A stretch of DNA of 64,000 nucleotides from Octopus sinensis. Its lineage: Eukaryota. Each line of letters opens with the position of its first letter. Position 1 is the stretch's first letter. A program made the position numbers and the translations under genes. The stretch is taken from the NCBI RefSeq assembly GCF_006345805.1, contig NC_043007.1, positions 50,778,001 to 50,842,000 on the forward strand. The letters are read 5' to 3'. The notes below the pieces were generated by a model, which worked only from the letters and a program-made list of their open reading frames with translations, did not search any database and was not told the DNA's origin. Below are positions 53,780 through 64,000 of this stretch, in pieces.

Positions 53780-54109
53780 ATTATGTATGTATGTATGTAT
53801 ATATGTATGTATGTATGTATGTATTATGTATGTATGTATGTATGTATGTATGTAGGTATGTAGGTAGGTAGGTAGGTAGGTAGGTAGGTAAGTATGTACA
53901 TACGTATGTATGCATGTATGTATGCACGCATGTATGCATGTATATAGTACTATGTATGCATGCATGTATGCATGCATGTATGTATGCATGCATGGATGCA
54001 TGTATGCATGTATGTATGCATGCATTATGAATGCATGCATGTATGCATATATGTATGTATGTATGCATTATGTATGCATGCATATATGCATATATGTATG
54101 TATGTATGC

Positions 54110-54142
<33 letters not shown>

Positions 54143-54160
54143 TGTATGTATGTATGTATA
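53780..54160. repeat. Compound (TATG)/(TAGG)/(TGCA) microsatellite
   Basis: Direct reading. Confidence 0.9.
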
Positions 54161-54162
54161 CT

Positions 54163-54364
54163 CTTTTCTCTCTTTACTCTTTTACTTGTTTCAGTCATTT
54201 GACTGCGGCCATGCTGGAGCACCACCTTTTAGTCGAACAAATCGACCCCGGGACTTATTCTTCGTAAGCCCAGTACTTATTCTATCGGTCTCTTTTGCCG
54301 AACCGCTAAGTGACGGGGACGTAAAAGCACCAGCATCGGTTGTCAAGCAATGCTAGGAGGACAA

Positions 54365-54397
<33 letters not shown>

Positions 54398-54560
54398 CGA
54401 CAGACTTCTTTCAGTTTCCGTCTACCAAATCCACTCACAAGGCATTGGTCGGCCCGGGGCTATAGCAGAAGACACTTGCCCAAGATGCCACGCATTGGGA
54501 CTGAACACAGAACCATGTGGTTGGTTAGCAAGCTACTTACCACACAGCCACTCCTGCGCC
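54163..54560 (-). mobile_element. SINE family A, full length
   Basis: About 90% identical to the reverse complement of 51044-51436 by eye. Confidence 0.92.
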
Positions 54561-54943
54561 TATATGTATGTATGTGTATGTATGTATGTATGTTGTATGT
54601 ATGTATGTAGTATGTATGTATGTATGTATGCATGTATTAGTAGTGGCGCGAAGCAGTACTGGAAAATAAACAAACTCAAATATGTTAGTTCAAATGTGTC
54701 CCAAACATATTTGAACTAACCTATGTGTATGTGTGGGGGGAGGTGTTTTCTTGTGTGTGTGTCTTTGTCTGTCTGCGTGTATGTGTATGTGTGTGTGTGT
54801 GTGTGTCTATGTGCTTGTGCGTGTCTATTTGTAGGTGTTACCCAAATATATAGCTGCATCATGTGCTGAATTCGCTGCATGTCCAAGTATCTAGTACATT
54901 CCTCAACACAGAGATGAAAATGATATTTTAGAAAATTTAAATA

Positions 54944-54996
<53 letters not shown>

Positions 54997-56086
54997 GCGC
55001 ACGCACACGCACACTCACACACACACACACACACATCCGTTTAATGATGACTCTGACGACTTGCCTGATGAGCTCGTGAATGGGGAAACTCTAGAGTGAC
55101 GGAAGACTGACTCGGCCAAAATAAAAAATATATCAATAAAAGTATCAAAATAGGTGGGGGGGACAGTGGTAGTGGTGATAATGGTGATCGTGGTGGTGGC
55201 GTGTGAGTGGTAAAAATATATGCTTGTATTTACATATATCCTATTAGAAAAATAAACTAAAGAAAACAATGAAAACATAGATTTGAGAAATTACATGACA
55301 CCCTTAGGTATAAAAATATATTGGATAATATGACCATTTGGAAATTCGAATATCGGTAAAGGAAAAGAAAGAAAAAAAGAAGTAGAGAGAAAACGAGTGA
55401 AAGAATGACCTTTAGCACTCCTCCAGCAGTTAAAGTTTTAAAATAAAGATATATATCAATTAATCATGAAACGCAATATGTGTGTGTTTGTGTGTGTGTG
55501 TGTGTGCGTGTGTGTGTGTGTGTGCGTGTGTGTGCGTGTGTGTGTGCGTGCGTGTGAAGTTGTAATTATGAATAAGACAACATACAGCGTTTTTCATGTT
55601 AGTTATCAAATCAAAAAGGCGAATTCCTACAAATGAATGTCAAATTTATTTATTTAAAAAAAATCGTTTATCTATATCAAATTTCTATTAGACACTAATT
55701 ACTTTCACTTTATCTTGCTTTATTTCCTTGTATTTTTCCTTTTCTTTCACCCTACATAAAAATCAATATCCGACTTTCCAAATATAGTCATATTCCCTTA
55801 TATGGTTTCTTATATAAGTATTTCATTAAAATTTATCAAGGTTATGTATTTCGCTGTTTGTTTTTACGGCCGGTATTTTAATATGAAATTTATTAAATAT
55901 TGTGTAATATTTCTGAGAAATCGCCATGACCTCTGAAATGTTATTGCAAACACGTACCGTGTATTTGCATGGTCGAACAGTAACAGAAATGCCTACACTA
56001 TACTTTAAAAGGCAATGAGTACTTCATTTAAGAATGAACTCTTGAGAAGCCCATGCCCATGATGTGTGCATGTTTTTCTGTGTGTA

Positions 56087-56129
<43 letters not shown>

Positions 56130-56219
56130 GCGGGCGCGCGCGCGTGTGTGTGTGTATGCGTGGAAATATATATGAATTTGCGTGAGTGTTTGCATGTGTA
56201 TATGTACTACCTTTTTTTC

Positions 56220-56605
56220 ATCTTTTCTGTTTCAGTTATTAAACTGCGGCCATGTTGAGGCACCGCCTTCAGGAACCTTTAATCAAATAAATCGACCGCA
56301 GTACTTCTTTTCTTCAAAGCCAGGTACTTATTCTATCGGTAGCTTTTGCAGAACCACTAAGTTACCCGAAAGTAATATCACCAACACTGGTTGTCAAGCG
56401 CTGGTTGGGGATAGACACAGAAAAAAAGACACAGATACACACACACACACACATATATACGATGAGCTTTTATCAGTTTCCGTCTACCATATCTACTCAC
56501 AAGGCTTTGGTCGGCTCGAGGATATAGCTGAAAATGCTAGATCAAGGTGCCACGCAGTGGGGCTGAACCTTGAACAATGTGGTTGGGAAACAAACTTCTT
56601 ACGAC
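56220..56605 (-). mobile_element. SINE family A, diverged near-full-length copy
   Basis: ttcagttattaaactgcggccatgttgaggcaccgcc...ggttgtcaag...cagtttccgtctacc...ggtgccacgcagtggg. Confidence 0.8.
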
Positions 56606-57299
56606 AAAGCCACACCAGCACCTATGTATGTATGTATGTATGTATGTATGTATGTATGTATGTATGTATGTATGCATGCATGCATGCATGTATGTATGTA
56701 TGTATGTATGTATGTATGAATGCATGTATGTATGTATGTATGTATGTATGTATGTATGTATGTATGTATGTACATGCAAACACACTTTTGAATACGTATG
56801 TGTATTGAAGCAATTAGAATTATAAACTTGAAATAGTTTTACTGCATTATTTCACTAAATTTAAAATTTTAAAATTTAAGAAAACCAGAATCAACTAAAT
56901 TCACACCAATAAAAGAATAACAATATAAATAACAACAGCAGAAGCAACACAAAAAAAGTACTGACTAAACACATTTTGTAAAGACAGATATATGTTTTTT
57001 AACCATCCTTCCCTATCATAAAAGAACCTCATTTACTATAACAGAAATATTATTTTCTGAAAATATTTATCATCATACCCATATTAAACGAATATAAGCG
57101 GCATAAAAGACACAAACTAACAATTACAACCCTTGTGATGGATATGACAAAAGCGACATGGCAATATAATTCCATATGGATCTCCCACCACAAAGTCTAA
57201 AAATGCATGAAGAGCATACTTTAAACTTCGTGAGATGACCACCAGCGAAACCGGTTGATAGTGTGCAGTAATTTTTAATAAATTTACTAGGTGACAGCA

Positions 57300-57300
57300 C

Positions 57301-57358
<58 letters not shown>

Positions 57359-57415
57359 GGTGGTGGTGGGTGGTGGTGGTGGTGGTGGTGGTGGTGGTGG
57401 TGGTGGTGGTGGTGA
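57300..57415. repeat. (TAG)n followed by (TGG)n
   Basis: Direct reading. Confidence 0.95.
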
Positions 57416-57544
57416 TAGTATGTATGAATGTATGTACGTATGAACTGCGTATGCCAATCCCCGGTCTATAGCAGAGCCTTCCGAGCAGGCATCAGATTGA
57501 TCAGTCACAGCTGGACAAGCCGTTCATCGACACCAGTTGACAAG

Positions 57545-57666
57545 TGGTACTTATTTACCCGACCCCGAAAGGATGAAAAGTAAAGTCTACCTCTGCAGAA
57601 TTTGAATTCAGAACGTAAAGACGGACGAACTGCCGCTAAGCAGTAACGATTCTACTACTTCGCCAA
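57545..57666 (-). mobile_element. SINE family B, 5-prime half
   Basis: gtggtacttatttacccgaccccgaaaggatgaaaag...gaatttgaattcagaacgtaaagac. Confidence 0.7.
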
Positions 57667-57761
57667 CAACCACAGGAATAATGCATGTATGTATGTCACG
57701 CGTTTATCAGAGTTGTCTTCAGACAACTGAAAGAATCCACAAAAATATTGATTCACATCCA

Positions 57762-57845
<84 letters not shown>

Positions 57846-58415
57846 AAGTAGCTACCCCACCTTCTATCTCTCTCACTCTCTCTCTCACTCTCTCCCTCCC
57901 TCACTCCCTCCCTCTCTCTCTCCATCTCTTCATACACACAACACTACACACATTGAACATATATTTTGCATTTATTAAATGGCCCAATTCGAAACTAGCT
58001 ACAAAGCAAATTATATACTCTCATACGTGTCTATACGTATGTACGTATATATGTTTATCTGTATGTATGTATGTATGTATGTATGTATGTATGTATGTAT
58101 GTATGTATGTATGTATGTATGTATGTATGTATGTATGTATGTATGCATGTGTGCATGTATGTATGTATGCATGTATGTATATAAATATGTGCGCTTGTCT
58201 GTGTGTCCAACAGCGCTGGCTCCAGCATACTCCACTCAGCCGCCAAAAAAACACAGACTCCAGCTGGTCTTTTATTGATCATGGGCGAACACAAAGCGAA
58301 ATAAATAAATGAAAAATAAATAAATAGACAGCGGAAAAGAAACGAAAAATGTATTCGTATCTTTGGTAACAATTACTATAAACTTCTATTGTACTTTACA
58401 CTTGTTTATCATTGT

Positions 58416-58460
<45 letters not shown>

Positions 58461-58851
58461 TGTGGTGTGTACATATGTATGTATACGCATGGTGCATATG
58501 TATGTATATGTGTTTGCTTTGTTTTCTCTTTTGAATTTTCCACTACAAACCTTGACTTTTATTCCCCTTAGCTTCATCCACAAGAATTTTAGCAGTGTGA
58601 GAGGCTACATGTCTCGTGTGCGTGTGTATGGTGGGGATGAAGGGGTGGTGTTTGTATTGACTAACAGTATTAAGTATACAGACTCGAATACACATATATG
58701 CATACATTCATACATACTCACACATATATATATGCTTTCGGTGCGAATGTTTTTGTTTGTTTTTATTGCACGGTGATTATATAAAGTACCATATATATAT
58801 ATATATATATATATGTACTACACACATACATTTACATACAATGTACTGGTG

Positions 58852-59014
58852 CTACAGTTCTACATTTGAGAGATGAAGAATGATGTACATTATTTACATT
58901 TGGCGGATATTTGTCCTCATCTTCTTTGTTGTTAACACAGCGTTTCGGCTGATGTACTCTTCAGGGAGAATTTCGAACCTAGGTTCTCATTCTTAAGGTA
59001 TTTTTCCGGCGTTA

Positions 59015-59080
<66 letters not shown>

Positions 59081-59895
59081 TCACTGCTTGTATTCTACAT
59101 GTCTCGTGCGTGTGTGTGTGTATGGAGGGGTTAGTAGCCCGCGCTCCTAACCACTACGCCATATGCCCGTGGGCAATTATGGAGTGAATTTTTAGGGCTT
59201 ATAAATCTAATATTTTCCTATCCTTCCTTAATACCAGTTCCCATATGCTATTCATATCTGCACTCGGTTTGCTTAGGAGGTTGTTGTGTCTTAGAATATG
59301 TGCTGACTCTTCAGGTTTTCGTATTTTCTAATGGTGTTCTCTGTCTATTACTTTAACTTCATCCGAAAGGGGGAGGTGGTCTCTGTTTCTCCATACATGA
59401 TCAGCTATACCCGATTTACCAATATCTCCTCGTGTTATAGCTTTGCGATGTTCCTCTACCCTTATTTTGAGGGGATGGCATGTTTCGCCTTTGCATAACC
59501 TGCTGCAGCTGCACAGGATAGAGTACACACAGTCTTTGGTCAAATTCTCTTCTATTGGTGGTTTTACTCGAAGGAGATATTTGCGAAGTGTTGTATTACT
59601 CTTGCATACTGTCCTGATGTCATATGGGCTACATATCTTTTGTATCTTTTTGGAGAGGCCTTTCACATAGGGTAGACAGACTGTGGTCAGTTTATGGGCT
59701 TCACCCTCTGTTCCCTTCATAATTGGAGTGGGTAGTATGTTTTTGGGTAGTTGTTGCTTAATAGATTGTTACTTAGCTTGGTCATTTCTTCGTGTTGTGT
59801 ATCAGGATAGCTACTTATATTCTTTGCTCGATCATGAAGAGAAGAGAGAATGAAACCCATAAACTGACCACAGTCTATCTACCCTATGTGAAAAG
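58852..59895 (-). mobile_element. Penelope-like element, 3-prime portion (RT thumb end, GIY-YIG endonuclease, pseudo-LTR region)
   Basis: Peptides HDRAKNIS...LSNNYP, CLPYVKGLSKKI, CVYSILCSCSRLCKGETCHPLKIRVEEHRK, SGIADHV...H, then WKIRKLKESAHI. This is the Penelope GIY-YIG pattern, with Y-to-C changes in the motif. A hammerhead remnant lies downstream. Confidence 0.88.
58940..58964 (-). ncRNA. Penelope-associated hammerhead remnant
   Basis: Minus strand CUGAAGA guacaucagcc GAAAC gc: core present, stem II 5-prime strand apparently deleted, and no U at the cleavage position. Confidence 0.45.
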
Positions 59896-60244
59896 CTAAG
59901 TTTCGGGGACGAAAAAATAAACCAACATTTGTTGTCAAGCGGTGGTGGGGAGACAAACGAAGATGCACACACACACACATGCACATATATATATACAGAT
60001 ATATATGCAAACACACATACATACAAACACACACACATACACACTCACACACATATATATATAAAGATACGCACACATAAATATATAGACTTTCAGTTTC
60101 CGTCTACCAAATCCACTATAAAGGCTTTGTGTCGGTCCAAGTCTATAGCAGATGACACTTGCCCAAGATGCCACGCAGTGGGACTGAGCCCGGAACCATG
60201 TGATTAGGAAGCAAGCTTCCTACCACACAGCTACGCCTGTGCCT
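59896..60244 (-). mobile_element. SINE family A, 3-prime-truncated copy abutting the Penelope fragment
   Basis: gttgtcaagcggtggtggggagacaaac...tttcagtttccgtctaccaaatcc...gccacgcagtgggactgagcccggaacc...ccacacagctacgcctgtgcc. Confidence 0.8.
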
Positions 60245-60256
60245 ATGCATACACTA

Positions 60257-60318
<62 letters not shown>

Positions 60319-60320
<2 letters not shown>

Positions 60321-62896
60321 AGTCAACGCAAAAACTGTTTCCCCGTCACCAAGAAGAGAAACAAAACCATCACAATTACCTTCGACATCGCAACCAACTA
60401 GAGAAACAACACCACCACCAACATCAAAGTACAGACCAACACCAACACCAGCACCAAGAAAAACAACCAAGAAAACAAATAACAATGACGAAAAGACAAA
60501 TTCTGTCCCTAATACTCCAACAACACAAACACCACACAAAACAACAACACCTTCTACAAACACACATATAGATGCAAACGCTTTGCCTTCTGATTCGTCA
60601 GACTTTTCGTCTAACGACGAAAGTTCGACAGAATGGCAAATAGCCACAGGGGGTAAAAGGAAAAGACCCAAAAGAACACGAAACAAGCAAATGCAGATAG
60701 AGCAGGGAGATATATAACTCCTGACAGTCCCTTACACATACAAACCAACAATGACACTGTAAAACACACAAATATCTAACAGCAATAGACACAGAAAATA
60801 CAAAACTAATGAACCACATCGCATCTAACACGAACATTTGTGAAGATGACTATAAACTGAACAACCATCCACGCACTACACCACCGACACATAAAAATAG
60901 TACACGTCATACAAACGCAGCACCACACACTCAAAACCCTCTTTCAAAATGCGGTCGGTGGGTACCAGAAGTATTTATCAAAGAAACTTTTTAAGAACCT
61001 CCTCAAAGACATCCCAAAAGAGGAAGAAACTACTCAAACTTTCGAAACAAGTAAGTAACCTTCCCTCTCGTCTCTTTCACTGTTGTGTGTAAAACAAATT
61101 CTCGACCATCAATTATGCTTTAATTAGGTTGTGTGAATGTGCGCGGCTTGGCGTCGGCTTGGAAGCAAGGTTACCTTCTAAATGACATCAAGTCACTGAA
61201 CATTGATATAGTAGCTATCAGTGAAACCAGACTCAGTAAGCCGCGGGCCCTCGCGTCCATGTTTGGCGGTCAATTCGACATTTATTTTTCTCCCTGTCTG
61301 CCAAACATGGGTGGTGGTGGTTCCGCGGTACTTTCTCGAAAGAGCCTGAACGTAAAAGTAAGATCAATATTCCTAGACCCGGAGGGTAGGCTGGTTGTCT
61401 TGGACGTGGATGGCAGAAATGGGTGTGCATTCCGTCTGATGGCAGTGTTTGCACCGTCCTTAACGAGTTGGGCGGATTTCTTCAGACGTCTAGAGGTTTT
61501 CCTGGGAACGTCTCGACCGTTACTGTTAGTAGGGGATTGGAACGCTACCTTGGACACGCATCTAGATTATGTGGGAATGGATAGTAAGAGAAGGGGATGT
61601 AAGTGCTTCAATGACCTGCTCAGACGTTTCCATTTGTCTGGCAGGTTCCGACTCGACCATCCGAATGTGCCAACGTGGACTTGGACAAACCGCGTCGGAT
61701 CGTCGAGATCGTATCTAGATAGTCAGCTACACAGATCACAAATTTGTGACGTGTACGCTCGACTTAGGCAGGGTTCCGGTTACTGGAAACTGAACACGTC
61801 GCTCTTGGCGCAGCAGGTTTGCAGGAACCGGATTAGCGAGTTAATTAAGAGGGTTTTCACGGGAGCCATCGTTAACAACCGCTGGTGGTTTGCCCTGAAA
61901 ATGGCAATCAAATCGGAATCAATTGTGTTTAGCAAGGAATTAGCGATAGATCGAAATAGAGTGGAGGGAGACTTAGTTAAGAAACTAGAAGAGGCACTTA
62001 CAACAGGCAGCGAAACCAACGTGCTGGCTGCGAGGATGGCCCTCGATCAACACCTCAACGCCAAACACGAAGGTTGCGTCGTCAGAGCTAAAATTAGCCT
62101 TGAGGAACGAAGGGATCGAAGCTGCGCGAGAGGCCCGAGTAGCGGAGGCGCAACGTGGCAACAGAGCCACCATTCGGTCTCTAATAGATCAACAGGGATG
62201 CAATTTACTCGAACCTGAAAGGATGTGTGAGGCCTTTCAACAGCACTTTGCTCGACTGTTTGGTGCGAGTGGTGGGTCGGAACACGGAATGGACTTCAGT
62301 GCCTACCTAACCGGCCTGCCGCGGCTCTCGGCAAGAGAAGCAGAGTGTTGTGAGAGACCCATCACAGCTGCCGACGTACAGGATGCGATGGGGGCTGCGC
62401 GGGGGATAAGTCGCCTGGTTTGGATGGTCTACCCTACGAGCTGTATTGTCAAATGCCAGACTTATTTGGCGACCTCTTGGCATCCGTCTACTGCAACTGG
62501 CAACAAAACGGGAGAATCCCCGGTTTCGTGAGCCGAGGTGCAGTGACGTTGCTGAAGAAAGACCCAAACAAGGGGAATTTTATAGATAACTTCAGGCCCA
62601 TCACTCTGCTCAACGCAGATTTGAAAATTTTGGCCAAAGTAATAGCCGAGAGGTTGGCGCTTGTCATCGATAAACTGGTCGACAAGGCACAAACATGCGC
62701 TGTGCCGGGCAGAACCATCCAGGACAACCTCCATCTGATTCTCTACATCGTGGACAGGGTAGTTAAGGATCCTGGCATGGGTGGGACGCTGATCAATTTG
62801 GATCAGTCTAAAGCTTTCGATAGGGTCGACCATCGGTACCTAGCGGCCGTCCTCAGGGCCGCTGGCTTCGGTCCCGTCTTCCGCGGTTGGATCGCT
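60319..62896 (+). mobile_element. L1/Tx1-clade non-LTR retrotransposon, truncated at both ends
   Basis: Pro/Thr-rich ORF1-like tail ending near 61057, then ORF2 from ATG 61115 (ML*LGCVNVRGL, ISETRL, GDWNA, TWTN, GYWKLN.SLL). RT: DGLPYELY, FRPITLLNADLKILAKV, NLDQSKAFDRVDH.YL...L...GFG..F..WI. The sequence stops there. Confidence 0.92.
61115..62896 (+). pseudogene. L1/Tx1 ORF2 fragment (APE endonuclease plus N-terminal half of RT)
   Basis: In-frame TAA at codon 3 and frameshifts near 62100 and 62420 (split across track ORFs 61133-62218, 62100-62531 and 62420-62929). RT motifs after the DQSKAFD region are absent. Confidence 0.88.
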
Positions 62897-62934
62897 GAGA
62901 AAGACTTGCTGTTCATTCTACTTTCTTAGTACCA

Positions 62935-63110
<176 letters not shown>

Positions 63111-63338
63111 CACACGCATACAATAGATACATATGTATCTATATGCATGTGCACGCACTAAAATATACACACACAGTCACATACAAACATTCATTCTTGA
63201 TTGTGGCCATGCTAAAATATCACCTTTAGTCGAAGAAATCAACACCTGGACCTTCTTCGTAAGCCTGGTGCTTTTTTGCTGAACGGTTGTCAACCGATGG
63301 TGGAGGGACAAACACAGACACAAACACACAAATATATT

Positions 63339-63384
<46 letters not shown>

Positions 63385-63390
63385 TATATA

Positions 63391-63783
63391 CTCTTTACTC
63401 TTTACTCTTTACTCTTTTACTTGTTTCAGTCATTTGACTGCGGCCATGCTGGAGCACCGCCTTTAATCGAGCAACTCGACCCCGGGACTTACTCTTTTGT
63501 AAGCCCAGTACTTATTCTATCGGTCTCTTTTGCCGAACCGGGGACATAAACACACCAGCATCGGTTGTCAAGCAATGCTAGGGGGCAAACACAGACACAC
63601 AAACACACACACGCATATATATATACATATATACGACGGGCTTCTTTCAGTTTCCGTCTACCAAATCCACTCACAAGGCTTTGGTCGAGGCTATAGTAGA
63701 AGACACTTGCTTAAGGTGCCACGCAGTGGGATTGAACCCGGAACCATGTGGTTGGTAAACAAGCTACTTACCACACAGCCACT

Positions 63784-63786
<3 letters not shown>
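63391..63786 (-). mobile_element. SINE family A, near full length (a degenerate copy lies at 63188-63330)
   Basis: (CTCTTTA)n tail, cagtcatttgactgcggccatgctggagcaccgcc, B box GGTTCAATCCC on the minus strand, and A box TGGCTGTGTGG. Confidence 0.9.
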
Positions 63787-63818
<32 letters not shown>

Positions 63819-64000
63819 GACGGGCTGATAGTCAGCATTGGCCTCCGCAAGTGGCTGCGCTGGTGGTGAAATAAAGAGATTTCTTTCGAATAATGGAGTC
63901 CTGTTCGAAGAAATATTACAATTATCTCTTCTGGGGCCCCGACTAGCAGCTGCAGTTTTGCCTGCAGGCTGCAAGAGAACTGACAGGGTTGGTTGAAGAG

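Noticed and set aside
57229-57256. gtgagatgaccaccagcGAAACCGGTT as a hammerhead
   Set aside because: The 3-prime half fits, but the CUGANGA core and stem II are too degraded to call.

Overview
AT-rich, microsatellite-saturated eukaryotic DNA that looks intronic or intergenic. It is most likely from an octopus or other coleoid cephalopod; this is inferred from recalled tRNA-derived SINE families, not from a database search. No complete host gene is visible, and almost all ORFs in the supplied track are translations of simple repeats. Recognisable content: a degenerate CR1-clade LINE (minus, 32.2-35.2 kb), a truncated L1/Tx1-clade LINE (plus, 60.3-62.9 kb), a Penelope-like GIY-YIG element end (minus, 58.9-59.9 kb), a deleted mariner transposon, mariner- and hAT-type MITEs, many copies of two tRNA-derived SINE families, two microsatellite-bounded tandem duplications (about 1.6 kb and 0.8 kb) and a 99-N gap. 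The most interesting signal is a set of small type I hammerhead-ribozyme motifs from several sequence families. One sits in a roughly 355-bp retrozyme-like unit arranged as a 167-bp inverted repeat, and another family uses the compensatory U3:A8 core. Other highlights are a covarying 3-prime stem-loop shared by the CR1 LINE and one SINE family, and a tentative chain of four tiny phase-compatible minus-strand exons.
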